Of a stretch of DNA of 64,000 bases, positions 23,591-36,699 are shown in pieces. Origin of the DNA: Sphyrna mokarran (Eukaryota); assembly GCA_024679065.1 (NCBI GenBank), contig JAGIQG010000038.1:8060001-8124000 (forward strand). The letters are read 5' to 3'. Position numbers and translations under genes: made by a program. Below the pieces are notes generated by a model. It worked only from the letters and a program-made list of their open reading frames with translations, was not told the DNA's origin and made no database searches. Each line of letters opens with the position of its first letter. Within the stretch, counting starts at the first letter, position 1.

Positions 23591-26500
23591 TCCTCATCAT
23601 TTCAGAGAGGTTATTGCCAAGGTATGGGAAGTGCTCATATTCCAGACACTCTCCTTTAATGGATATGCGAGGTCAAATATTTGACCGACCAAGCACATGT
23701 TGATACGAGTTTTATTGGGCAACGTTTAAAGATAGGCCGAGTCTCTTGTATATGGGTTCCGACGAAGGGTCATCCACACTCGAAACACTGGCTCCACTCT
23801 CTACAGATGCTGTCAGACCTGCTGAGATTTTCCAACATTTTCTGTTCTTGTGTACATGGACATGGGGGTCGATTTCCAGTAGGTGTAAACACCAGCTTGT
23901 TCTTTCAACTGCCACCCCAGCAAAGTGACTCTCTGAGGCTAGTGATGTCAATGAGGAATCCTGACAGCTCATGTGACACAATTGCTGCTCTTCTTTCTGG
24001 ACAGTCACACAAAATTATCTGTAAGTGTTCAAACATTGCTAGTTGCAAAACTGAATTTTTTTTTTGGCCATAAAGATAGTGCTTCTGCAGGGCATGGGTT
24101 CCCCAGCCTATTTTTAGAAACGTTTTCTAGCCCCTTCCTCATTTAAGTTGAGTAGAGGACATCCTAAAGAGGACTGCTTATTCACAGATGCCACTACCCA
24201 AAGACACCTATGCTTTCTACGTGTGTCCAGAACCTTGATGAAGCTTGAGTGCAGATCCTTGACTAGATTTTCAGGTTCACAGTCCTTTCTCCGATCCTCC
24301 AACACCACAGGATTTGGCTGATGAAACCTGGTACAAGCCTGCACATGACTTTATTTAACCTGGGGACTTTGGGACACTTTAATTGCCAAATGGTTTTGAT
24401 GGGTGGCCAGATTTTGGTGATGTGTCACATTAAGTACTGGGGTCAGCTTGCTGCTGCAGCCTTTGCACAGTCTTCTTTCACTTGCTGACGTTCAGGATTT
24501 TTCTGACTGGACTTTGCCCTCATTTTGACCATGGGTGGCCATACCTGGAGCAAAAATTTCCTGACAGCACTGCTCAAAGAACTGGAGTGCATAAGCCTCT
24601 CCTCCACACCAAGATCACAAACCACCCAACTGATTGCCGTAACAATAGAACCACAATTGCCAGCAAGCATTAGCAAACTGCTGCAAGGATGCAGTACAAT
24701 ATTTCACTCCTCTTCCAATTTTCTCAAGCACATTCTAGCAAGTGTCACTAGGAGCGTTTCCTCCCAGTTATCCCTTGCTCCAGTTAAGCATAAGAGGCAT
24801 TTTTAAGGTGTCTGCCTCTGCCACCCAATCATTCAATGCAGAGAATATGACTCAATCATTTGGAATTGTACTGTGGCCTGACCAACACGCAAAACAACAT
24901 GGCATTGAGGTTACCAGTGGCAATTTAGAAATGCATTAAGACAGCTAGAATTTTGGTCCCTCTGTAACCAAAATTGAGACGTTTTACTACAGAGTATAAC
25001 TGATGATTTAAGATCCAGTCCAATCTTGATTCTCTTTGGAAGAATTCTCCGTGTAGAACAAAAAAACACTTATAAATTGCGTGGGTTTTCTCCCCCCTTT
25101 TATTTGAGCTGCACGTGCCCATTTGAACCAAACTTGCATTTTCTTGGCAAGAAAAATGAACGTAACTTTCAACTCAATCATGGAGAAACTGGGACAAGAC
25201 TCTCAACTGGTGAATTGATACAATGCTGCATACGTGTCAATAGCTTTTCAAGTTAAATGGAGATAGATGTGAGGTAGGAAAGTGCAATAAATTTAATTTG
25301 CCCAGGGAACAGTTCAACTTCTTCAGTGGTGCAATGAACAAAGTCATCTATATTGGGGTCAGTTCGTTCATTGGAAAACAACTGACACCTTGAGGGCCAT
25401 GAGCTTGTGGGCCGATTTGTCCAGTTTGCTGGTGGTTCCCAGATGGAACATTCTGTCCCTGTATCGGGAATACAGACAACATGGCTGCCACTTTTCTCCT
25501 CTCCTTTCCATAATTAGGTAACTTTGGGGCATTGAAACAAAGCACTGTCTAGAAACAGTCTCCTGCCTCAAACTTACAGTTAAGAGTGAAGTAAACTTCA
25601 CTCTTTCTCCATTGCAAAGTATAATAGTTGCTGATTCAAAAACAGCTTTATGATTCATTCGTAGCAACACAATTCACTAGATGAAACACCAGTAGACAAT
25701 CCTTAGAATTTTCTGAAAAATTCACTTTCTTTTAGGTTTGTCCTTATGCTCTCCACCATTGGCAATGTTCATGTTTTATTTTTGGCCAACATACAATAAT
25801 AGACCAATCTGTTTCCTCTCTTCACTCAATGTGTCCTTGGCATCTGCTCCAAACAGATGCTGTTAGCTTTGTGATGTAGGGAATGGGTGCCCCTAGCAAC
25901 CAGATCACATACTTCTCTACACCAGTCAGTCATCGTGTTCTGTACTTAAAGGCCACTTCAGAACCTCGTGCTGAATGCAAGTTTAGTAAATACATACGAG
26001 TGTCCAAGACTAAAAATATGAATGCTGTTGAGGTGATTTGCATTCCCATCATTCCAGAAGCCAGCATAATTTACACGTGAACTGACAACAGTGGAGGGAA
26101 GGACGGATACTGAGTGTAAGGGTGGAAGTTAAGAGGCTGAGCCTTCACTCTTGCTGTCCATCCTTGATTTCAAATAATCCAAAGCAGGAGGGAGTGATTG
26201 GAAATCCATTACATTCAACTCCTCTTTGAGGAGTTTTTTTTCCCAGTCAACTCTAAAAAAGCTCATCAAAAGTGCTGACTTGGCGCTTTTAAATCTTGCC
26301 TATCACTATTGAAACAGCAGTGCCCTGTAATTACCAAGATTCTCCAGTTATATGGAATTGACTCAGCTTCCAAAAGGCTTCAAACGTGCCTCACTTTCAC
26401 CTCTCTTTCTACCACCAGTGACAATTCTTTCATACCATGACTGTTTGTTTAACCGGCCAGTGTTCCATTTATTGCAAAGTTGTCCAGTAGAAAAGGCTGA

Positions 26501-26857
26501 TTTGTTAGTGGTGTGGCTGTGGTGGCACCAGCGTAGCTCCATGCACGACTGTTAATGTCTTACACATTCACTCACATGTTACGGGTATAAATCACGTGTA
26601 TACTTTCTCAGCAAACATCTACAATCATTCAGTAACCAAAGGATAATGATTAAAATTCGTATCAGTTTACCAAATGTTCAAAAAGATTATAGTTCACATG
26701 TATACACTGAGCAAATAAAGAGTGTTGCGATCAACGAAGGTGCTTGTGACTCAATTTGTATTTACTGATCAGCAATGTAATTAGCCCAATCTAGATTTCC
26801 AATTAGCTACATGTGGTTTTTGGCTAATAGTGTAGCAACACTTATTTCTAGCTTTTA

Positions 26858-27190
26858 TAGAATCCCTACAGTGTAGGAGGAGGCTATTCGGCCTGTCGAG
26901 CCTGGACCAGCATCAATCCCGCCCAGCCTTCTCCCCATAACCTCATGTATTTACCTAGGTAATCCACATATTCACTTTAATAATCCCCCTGACACTAAGG
27001 AACAATTTAGCATGGCCAATCCACCTAACCCGTGCATCTTTAGAATACGAGATGAAACCAGAGCACCTGGAAACCCACATAGACATGGGAAGAATGTCTG
27101 TGGAGTTTGCACAGTCACCCAAGCTGGGAATTGAACCCAGATCCTTGGCACTGTGAGGCAGCAGTGCTGACCACTGTGCCATCATGTCAC
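26858..27190 (-). mobile_element. HE1/V-SINE-type SINE
   Basis: atagaatccctacagtgtaggagg...ctgtgaggcagcagtgctgaccactgtgcca. Confidence 0.85.
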
Positions 27191-28569
27191 CCTGAAGTCA
27201 AACATTCAGTTTGACTTATTAATTAAGTGATCTGTGGAATCACTCTAAGGGATTATGTGCTGAAGAATGGCCAACTAAAGGATCAGAACAGATGGGTTGG
27301 ATGGAATGGCAAATCTCTTAATTGATATAGTCAGCCTCCAGTGCTTCCAATAATAGCCCCTAACGTTCAAAGGCTCCAACTTGTGCTGGAGCTCATTTCC
27401 ACAGGCACAGGAAAAAACAAGGAGGAGAAAGGCACAGCATGAGTGCCATGGCAATTCATACTCCACAGAGAGCACCTATTAGTGGCTGGGTGCAATACAT
27501 CAGCAGAGAGCTACCCTCAGGCAGGTGGCATTGGAGGAAAAGAGCCTGTAAACGATGAAAAAAAAGTTAGAGGAGGACATGTAGATTAGATTAAACATTG
27601 ATTGAGCATCCTATATAGGCACTGCACAATTTCACAAGAGCTGAAGTAACTGACAGTCCAGCATATTGCTAGTTACTCTATTATCTGCATGAAATAGAAT
27701 GTTGCCTTTTTGGAAGGTTAGAGTGGTGATTGAAGCAACCTTGAATCACAGCAATGCTAGTGCCCTCAAACACAGCCCTCCCCCACAGCAACGCAGTCCA
27801 CAAGTAATGTGGTATTCTAGTTAAGCTTTATCTAGCCAGTCGTTGGAACTAACCTTCACACGTAGCTGTAAAGGAGCCCTAGATCTTGTACGAGGAGTAG
27901 CATACTGCCAACTTAAATTGCCCAAAACCTGAACTCCCGAGGAGTGTCACAACTGCCCAGCACCATCAGGAGTCCTTTCCGGAAGATAATGAGCTTTCCG
28001 TAACAAATTTGGCTCCACTTTGTCCCCTGAAAACAACAGAGTGGAATTTCAATACTCCAGGTTAAAGGTTCAGACCAATCTGAAGACGATTTTATTGACA
28101 AAGTAGTGCATCCCTATACATATAGCTTCCTTGCCTGCAGAATGTCAGTCATATTTTGCTTCCTCCAACCTTGAGTGCCTTGAATTCTCCAGGAGAAATT
28201 CCTATTTGTGGCTTTGATCTGACAAGTCCATTTCAATAGACCATGCTGTCAGGTCTCTTGATACATCTTGTGCCAGATAGTGCTGCTACCCATGCCACAA
28301 TATTTAGATACAAGAACATTCTGCATTAGCAAGATAAATTGGTTCCCAGAGCCCAGATAACCCCAGTCCTATCACATCCATCAGTCCAGCAACAGGCCAA
28401 GGGCTTGTTGTATGAAAGGATAAGTTGAAGGAGGAACGCCAATTCATCAAACAGTCCAGCACCTGCTATTCCCCCATCCCCTTAAAAAAAGTCCCAATCT
28501 TAGTTATACCATTTATTGAGACACCACGTGGAGGGCTGGTCACTTGATAATTCCAGGGACGTAATTTAA

Positions 28570-28985
28570 GTATCAGTTCTCTTGCCTTGGAGTTAGAAAG
28601 CTCTGGATTCAAGTCTCACTGCAGACTTCCCAGTGCAGTGCTGCGTGAGGCACGCTGCGCTGTTGGAGGTGCCATCCTTCAGATGAAATGCTAAACTGAG
28701 ACTTTGTCTTCCTTTCTGGGTGGGGTGGGGTGGAGGTAAAAGATTCCACGGCACAATTCGAAGCACAGGTGAGCCATCTTCAATGTCCTAGCCAATATTT
28801 ATCCCTCAAAAGAAAAAAATCACAAACAGGTCATCTGGTCATTGTCAGATTTCGATTTGTGGGAACTTGCTTTGTGCTACTTTGCCAACATTATGACAGT
28901 GACTGCACTTCAAAAGTGCTTTATTGGTTGTAAAGCACATTCTGACAATCATGAAAGGTGTTGCCGAAAAGGCAAGGCTTTTTAA
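28570..28985 (+). mobile_element. DeuSINE/SacSINE1-like SINE
   Basis: ctcttgccttggagttagaaagctctggattcaagtctcact head; gttggaggtgccatccttcagatga; cacttcaaaagtgctttattggttgtaaagcac. Confidence 0.7.
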
Positions 28986-30359
28986 ACATTCTGCATTAGT
29001 ATGGTTGCAGTAATCAAAGTCTTTTGAAAAATGGAAATGAGGATCAATGCTATTCAATCCTTTAATGATGTTGTGATTGAATAAAGGAGAGACCAGAAGT
29101 CTTCTAGGATTTGTTACGTTTCATTTAGCTGCTCAAATGGGCTATTCACATTCTTTAAAAACACCATTCAGAAGTAGTCACGAAACAGCTTTTGCAAAGT
29201 TGGAAGATGGAACCAAAAGTTGACAACAAGCAACATACAAGTTATTGAGTGAGTTGTAAATCAGAGATAATCTTTCAGGAAGTACAGGTTTCATTGTTGA
29301 TGGCAAAGAAAGTCAGTTTTTTATTCTCTGGATACATTTATTGCCCATGCCTACCTGCCTTGAGAATCATTCCAGGTGTAGCAGATTTTTTTGATATGAG
29401 TGGCTTGTTAGATCACTTTAGGGGGCAGTTAAGGGCCAACGACTTTGCTGTGGATGCGGAGTCACATTTGGTCCAGAATGGTAAAGGACAGCAAGTTTTG
29501 TTCCATAAAGTATATTAAAGAAGCAATTGGATCCCCGCTCTAAAAGGGTGAAGGAACCCAGTTATTTCAAATGGTCACTTTGGATCAAATGGCATTGCTA
29601 CTCACACCCAACTGGAAATTTGATTTTCAAGGTCCCCTTTGAGTTACACATGTGGCTGTGGAGAACAGCAAAACACAGGTCATAACTTTAAGCCGAATCC
29701 TAAACAGTGTAATAACTGGTACTTATATAATAACATGTGTAATGTTTATTTCTATGTAAACAAAATTGGGATATGATATATGCAAAGTAAAGATTCAAGT
29801 ATTTTGATTATTGAGCATCATAATGAAATTTCAATTGTTGGATTTAATTAAAAGATCCTAAATTGTTGTATTAGGTCAGCAGGGGAGGTTGCATAAAGCC
29901 TTCTGCAGTAGGTGTCACCCCTGGTCAATAATTTGTCAAAATCAACTTCTGGCAAAACAATTTTCCTAGTGCCTGCAAAACCCAAATTCCCTTTTCCTTG
30001 TTACATCTTAGGGCAGAGCACTATCAATACCTGCTTTCCTGGAGTGGCAGTCACCTGTTTGGTTTAAATGAGAGGGGGAAAAAAAAAAGGAAAATTTGCA
30101 GTTAGACCATGACAAACCCCGCAACTTCGCACTTGGTGATTCAAGGCCATGAGTCATCTTCAGTTAAACGGGTCGAATGCAAGGGCTAACTGGACAAGGA
30201 CACTCAGACAATTCGAACCCCACGTCAACCTCATTAAATCAGTCCTTAAGGATTTATAAAACCATAAAATTATACACTGCTGAAATAAAGATGTGTCTAA
30301 ACTTTTTTGGCAGGACAGTTTGTAAGATTACCAATAGTAAAGGGAACAATTTATAATTT

Positions 30360-30705
30360 TTTTTATCATTCGTTCATGGGATATGGGCGCTGCTGGCTGG
30401 ACCAGTATTTGTTGCCCATGCCCAATTCCCTTAAACTGAGTGGCTTGCTACTGGCCATTTTAGAAGGCAGTTAAGAGTGGCTCTGGAGTAGGCCTGCCTG
30501 ACTGGGTAAAGATGGCAGGTTTCCTTCCCTAAAGGACAAGTGAAAATCAAATGGGTTTTTACAATCAAGAATGGTTTCACAGTCATCATTCGACTGTTCA
30601 TTCCAGATTTTTATTGAATTCAAATTTCACCATCTGGCATCAAACCCAGGTCCTCAGGATATTACCGAGGATCTTTGGATTACTAGTCCAGTGACAATAT
30701 CGCTG
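30360..30705 (-). mobile_element. tRNA-derived SINE, second family
   Basis: tcattcgttcatgggatatgggcgctgctggctggaccagtatttgttgccc...tggattactagtccagtgacaat. Confidence 0.75.
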
Positions 30706-31271
30706 ACAGAAGGTGGATAGATGAATATTTTTAACATAGATTAATATATTCTAATGTACCACAGGAGAAACGATACTTAAACCAACATATCCAGTCCTAC
30801 TATTAATTCACTTGAACTTGAACTTGTATTTGGAGACAGCATTGAGAGCTATATAATTCTAGAGCGGATACATCTCCAGTTCACTAGGTGTTTTTACAGT
30901 GGAAACATATGCAAATGACTAAAATCCACATTTAACATAAAAGTACATTGCACTGCGAAAATGCTGCACGACTGAAATCTCACTTGCATTCCCTTTTAGT
31001 CACACACACAACCTTTTCACCAAGAGCTGTCACAACAAGCACAAAGCCTTTTAAAAAATTTTGCAATCGCCTACATGAGCAGAGGTAATATTAAAAAGAC
31101 ACGGAATGGGATTTTGCAACACTCCTCCCTGGGCAGAATTCCCTGGTCCCGATGAAGCCAATGATATTTGACTGGCTCGCCACATTCTCCAGCCCTGCCC
31201 CCTGCCATGATGAGGCTGTAAAAATTCCAAAGGAGTGAGGCAATCAAGAGAGAATTTTTTTTTAAAACCCG

Positions 31272-31880
31272 GGGCAATGTGGTGGCACAGTGGTTAGCAT
31301 TGCTGCCTCATCATGCTAGGGGACCTGGGTTTGATTCTGGCCTCAAGTGACTACATGTGGAGTTTGCATGTTCTCAGTGTGTCTGCGTAGGTTTCCTCCA
31401 GGTGTGCTGGTTTCTTGTCAGTCCAAAGATGTGCATCTAAGTTGGATTGGCCAAGGTAACTTGCCCCTTAGTGTCAGGGGATTAGCAGAGTAAATACATG
31501 AGATTACAGGGATAGCACCTGGTGGGATTGCTGTCAGTGCAGACTTAGGGGCAGCACGGTGACACAGTAGTTAACATGGCTGCCTCTCAGCGCCAGGGAC
31601 CCATGTTTGATTCCCAGCTTGGGTTACTGTCTGTGCGGAGTCTCCACGTTCTCCCCATGTCTGCGTTGATTTCATGTTTCCGCATACAGTCCAAAAAACG
31701 TGTCAGTTAGGCACATTGGCCATACTAAATTGGCCCTTAGTGTACCCAATCAAGCAGTGGAATGTGGCGACTAGGGGATTTTCACAGTAACTTCTTTGCA
31801 GTGTTAATGTAAGCCAATTTGTGACTAGCAAATAAACTTTAATGGGCTAAATGGCTTCCTTATACTGTAGGGATTATTTG
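31272..31880 (+). mobile_element. Two nested HE1/V-SINEs (inner copy 31548-31840 has a different 3' tail)
   Basis: Outer copy breaks at gcagactta and resumes atgggctaaatggcttcc; inner copy starts gggcagcacggtgacacagtag and ends gtgactagcaaataaacttt. Confidence 0.8.
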
Positions 31881-32635
31881 AGCAAAAGTGTCTTTTGTGG
31901 AATACAAGTACAGCAGTAAACAGTCTAAATATGAATTCCCAGACTGTTAACATTCAATTACACAACAATTTAAAAAATAAAAGTATCTATTCGAATTGCA
32001 ACCATTTCTTTCACTGGAAGAATATTTGTGGCCTGTTTATTTTAGACCATGAGATTTTTTTTTTAAGACTTTGTTCACAGAAAACAATTTTTTCTCTTCC
32101 TTCTGCGGAAGCTTGAGATTTGTCATCAATTCAACACTCTCATCACATATATTTGTTGTTCCCAACAAGTTTTCTGCCAAATGTCTACCTGGAAAACTAG
32201 CTGAATAAACATGATGGGCTGAGTGGACAGACTTTGATTCTTTATACTCTCCCTCCCCTTTCCAGTTTGAAGCAATCCATTCAACCTCTCAAATGTATTC
32301 TGCCATTTGATTCCATCATGGTTGATCTGAGGGTGGATTTACCTGCCTTTTCTGCACATCCCTTGATAACTTTACCATCTATAATCATCAGAATGTAACG
32401 TTTAAAAATACAAAGGGGATTCAATAGATTTTGTGGGAGATGCCTAGTGCAAGAGATGTTAGCCCTGGACAACGGGGTGCTGCCAAGCAAGCGAATATCA
32501 GAGGAGTCATCCTTAAGATGACACATTAAACTGAGGCCCCATCTGCCTGTTTAAGTGGATCCCACAGTGCTAGTCAAAGAAGAACAGGGAACGTTCCCAT
32601 GTGCTGGGCCAACATCCCTCCCTCAATCAACACCA

Positions 32636-33085
32636 ATGTACTTGTTTTTATCTTACAGGTGCTTTGGTCCACCTTGTTGTCTAACAAGGGGCATACAGGC
32701 GATGGGTCGTGAGAGGGCTGCTCTTGGATTTTTTGAGTATCCTAGTGCTTCACGTTGTTAGTGTACGCTTGACCTGGACAGCTCAGTGACTATCGCTGTG
32801 CTGTGCAGATACATGGATTTGGGCCTGTGTCTGTGGGAGTTTGCGCATTCTCCCCGTGCTTGCGTGGGTTTTCTCCGGGTGCTCCGGTTTCCTCCCACAT
32901 CCCAAAGATGTGCTCTTAGGCTAATTGGCAAAACAAATTCTCCCTAAATTGTCTCAAATTTGGTTTTTAATCCATAGATCTATAAACATGGACAGGGATC
33001 GCGGGTAGAGGTGGGAGCATCGGGGTGGCAGCGCGGGCTTGTTAGGCCGAAGGGCCTGTTTCCCGTCCTGTTTTTGTTCTTTATT
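32636..33085 (+). mobile_element. Chimeric V-domain SINE-like element with non-tRNA head
   Basis: Unique 5' ~190 nt, V-domain gggagtttgcgcattctccccgtg..ggtttcctcccacatccc, CR1-like tail ggccgaagggcctgtttcc; highly similar reverse copy at 53678-54153. Confidence 0.75.
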
Positions 33086-34628
33086 TGTGGCAACTTAAGT
33101 ATGCAGATTTGTTGAACCATTTACCACAGAATAACACATTGTATTTGAAGTGTGATGTAAAGGCAAGTCTTCATTTCTTTCAAAGAAGATTATTCATAAT
33201 ATTGAAGGAACGATTGGGGAAAATACAGTCAGAGATCCAAGGCGAAGACAGCATCAACCTGGTCATTGGAACCTCTAAACTCATACAACCAGACCATTTA
33301 AAAATCATTATCCATTGCATAATCCAAATAGCCAATGGAAATTATTAAAATAAACTGATTATTTCTGATTGGATTTCACAAGTCACAGCTCGACTTGTAG
33401 TGAGCTCCCTTAAGCACAGGCTCTGAAAACAAATGAATGTTACCATGGAAACAAGCCGCCACAAACTATTTAAAAACATGTCACATGCTTTCCATTCTAA
33501 CTTCCCTCCAGGTCAGGTCACTGTGTATAATTTTCAAATGTTTGAAGTCCAACACTAATTATGTAAATCTATTTGGTTACTGTTTAAATGTGTCCAGTTT
33601 CAGACACACCCCAACAATATGGTAAATTTTGAGTTTTCCACTGCTTTTCAAGTTCCACACTTGAAAGCAAAACTCATTTGGTTTAAAAAAATTGTGACAT
33701 ATTTTAAACATGTGTCACATTGGAAGAAAAAAATCTAAACACAGCTCCACACATTTTAGATGCATTTGCAATCTGTATCACTGTTTTTGATCTCACACAA
33801 CAGTGACAGCTCGGGTTGGACAAGGATCGCTTCACGCAGGTTGAATTTAAAAGACCCATTGCTAAGGGGAACTTGCTTCCATTGTAAAGACACCTCAATC
33901 CAACCACTCCACCCCAACCCCCAAACTTCTGCCCAAAAGATCAATTTGTCTCCAAGATGATGTGCGCAGGAGAAGCAATCCTACTGAGTACTATCTTCTG
34001 AATGGCATTGTTGAAGCAGCATTCTCCCACTCACGGAAGTAGCAGCCAATTAGAGATGCATTATGATTGGCTCTTTCCTCTCAGCTGGGAAATATTGTTT
34101 TTGGTTCGACGTCATGCCTGGGGAGTAGGAAGAATTTTACACAAAGTATTCCTCTCCAGCCCTTGAGATTACTTAAGAACTCTTACTTGCATAAAACCAC
34201 ATCAAATAAAACAATGCTTTCATCATTTTGCTGGTATTCTCATTTCATCTTTTGCCAATTTTTAAATATTTCACCATCAATATACCAACTATCCATTATT
34301 TTGAGAACATTCCACTCACAGTATGAATCTTTGACTAGTTATGCCAATCAGGCCAACCGAAGAAACAACATGATGTTGAAACTAAGTTTTATGTGGAGAG
34401 ATATCTTTAGTAATGAAACCATCCTAAAACTACAAGTTATAAAGGTTGAATCTTTCCTTTATTGCTTTTCACATAATCACAGAATTGTTACAGCACAGGA
34501 ACCCATTTGGCCCAGTGTGTCAGCACCAGATGAACGTTTGGATTTGGCGGCCCTGTAATTTTAACACACACCTCCTTCAGTGTCCGTGGATGCATTGCAC
34601 CTGGCCCCAATGTTTTGTCCACTGTAAG

Positions 34629-34801
34629 GACACGCACAGACAGACACACGCACAGACAGAGACAGACACACGCACAGACAGAGACAGACACACGCACAGA
34701 CAGAGACAGACACACGCACAGACAGAGACAGACACACGCACAGACAGAGACAGACACACGCACAGACAGAGACAGACACACGCACAGACAGAGACAGACA
34801 C
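34629..34801 (+). repeat. 22-bp tandem repeat (CACACGCACAGACAGAGACAGA)n, about 7-8 copies
   Basis: Directly visible and nearly perfect. Confidence 0.95.
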
Positions 34802-35079
34802 TATCCAACACTTCCTCCTTCAATTCTGAATCTTTCTAGTGACAGAATTTCCTCCTCTGTTACTGCAAAAATAATTTAAACTAATTTTTAAAAAATTGAA
34901 CCAAAATACAATTCTAGAATATTTACTCTTTTTCTGCAGATGCTTTTTAAATTACAAACGTTATCCTTAATTCTCAGCCAAATACTGTACAACACATTCA
35001 ACAATACACTTTCCCACACATTGAAATCAGCAAAAAATTGCATTGATGCATAATTGGATTTAATTCACGAAAGAACATC

Positions 35080-35925
35080 CAGCCTTGTTGGTAAAAGCTG
35101 TTGCAAAGTTCACATTTAATACTTCAGCCATACTTCCTGCCTCCATGCATAAATTATCTTTTCCAAATGGGCCCTATTCCTCTTATCACCCATTTACTAT
35201 TTATATGTCCAAACAAGACTTTGGGATTCCCCTTTATGTTGCCCTGCCAGTCTTTTCTCACAATCCTGCTACATTTTTCTAATACACCTTTTTCTTTGCC
35301 CCATTGAACATTCTGAATTTCTCTCCGTTCACAATTGTATTTTCTATCTGACATCTGTCATAAGCAGACTTTTTTCTTTATCTTAATTTCTCTTTCCTTT
35401 TTCATCCAGTGAGCTCTGGATTTGTTTGCCCTACCTTTTCCATTCTGAGGGAATATACCTTGATTGTGTCTGAACCATTTCACTTTGAAGGTAATCTATT
35501 GTACAGTTGCAGTTTTCCCAACAACCTTTGGTTCCAGTCTATCCAACCCAGGTCAATTCTTGCCCCTCTGAAGTGAGCTCTCCCCCCCTAATTCTTCTTA
35601 CTCTGGATTGTCTCTTGTGCTTTCCTACTGCCGTACTAAACCTTACAATACAATGATCACTGTCTCCTAAAAGTTCCCCCACTGACACTAGGAATGTTTG
35701 CCCCACTCCACCTTTTACACTACCATTGTCCCAATCTACACGCAGGTCATTAAAGTCCTTATAACTACTCTACAATGTTTGCATCTCTCTATAATTTCCC
35801 TGCAGATTTGTTCTTGTACATCCTCCCCATTGGCAGTCTATAGACTACACCAAGCAATGTCTATGCATGCTTAATACTAGCCAAGTTGATACTGTCCTCG
35901 AACCTTCTGATGTTGCATGTAAAAC
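35080..35925 (-). mobile_element. CR1 ORF2 fragment (endonuclease/linker), degenerate
   Basis: NIKGNPKVLFGHINSKWVIRGIGP in ORF 35154-35354; reverse remnants of SDHC (atgatcactgtc). Confidence 0.65.
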
Positions 35926-35929
35926 TGGT

Positions 35930-36215
35930 TTCAATTCTCGGGATAAGAATTTTTAAATCAAGACATGGGTAAAACACCAGCCAATGTAGGTTAGCAAGGA
36001 CAGAGGTGATAGGCAAACACAACTTTGTACGAGTTAGGATACAGGCACAGTTTTGCATGAGTGCAAGTTTATGGAGAATGGAAGATGGGAGGTCAGTTGG
36101 GAGAGGGGTACAATAGTCAAATGTGAAGGTACATAAAGTGTGGAAGAGGGTTTCAGCAGCATTGGGTACCACAATGAATACAATAAAATTAGCACGTGGA
36201 GACGTTGAAGGAATG
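35930..36215 (-). mobile_element. L2 fragment
   Basis: AAETLFHT..FDYC..LP..ILHKL..MQN..ITSVLANLHWL....LKILI, the L2 ORF2 C-terminus. Confidence 0.7.
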
Positions 36216-36699
36216 GAAAGTGACAGTGGATTGCTCACTTTTAATGTTGAGACAATGTGTAGAGGTAAAAAGCAAAGCTCTTGGATTCCAAGACAGGTAG
36301 AGCACAAGAGGCTCTTCTGCTCTTTTCTACCTACCAGGAAGTAGATGGAGGAGAAACTAGCAAACTCTGAATACAATCACACAGGTCACATTTGGATGGT
36401 CCACACTAATCAACTTATTAGATATTTATAATATCTGGAAGCTGGGTATCTGCCCACTTTCAACTGCAGGTGCCAGCCTAGGCAAACAAAGCAATACTTT
36501 GAATAATTCAGTAGTAACATTTACTTGAAATCACTGCACAGGAGTATTGAGACAGGAGTGAATTACTTACCTTCTGAGCTCTTCTGCCCCAATTAACCCA
36601 CATGGCTCCTCAAAGCATGACACCAAATTCTAGCAGACTAGGTTCATGCAGTATGTCCAGGTCCCATCATTGATGATAACTAAACAAATGTTTGAAGCC

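Larger units (their letters stand above)
22340..24700 (-). mobile_element. Highly degenerate RTE-clade LINE, interrupted by SINEs and a PLE-derived repeat
   Basis: Reverse remnants resembling KRFKDTLKASLK..ID (22640-22700) and FPYLG (23620-23635). Confidence 0.45.

Noticed and set aside
24848-30156. Scattered AP-1 sites (TGACTCA/TGAGTCA near 24849, 26747, 30150)
   Set aside because: The number is compatible with chance for a 7-mer, and they are not clustered
34067-34558. 163-aa ORF
   Set aside because: TTG start, no recognisable domain, AT-rich intron-like composition, antisense to CSRNP2
34446-34839. Several 74-127 aa ORFs ([15 protein letters not shown] / VCLCLCV)
   Set aside because: Artefacts of the 22-bp tandem repeat
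35861-36376. 171-aa ORF
   Set aside because: Largely a decayed L2 ORF2 fragment, not a host gene
36561-36690. Strong minus-strand donor AAG|gtaagt at 36570 as another CSRNP2 UTR exon
   Set aside because: No convincing upstream acceptor, and it abuts a LINE; isolated donors are common
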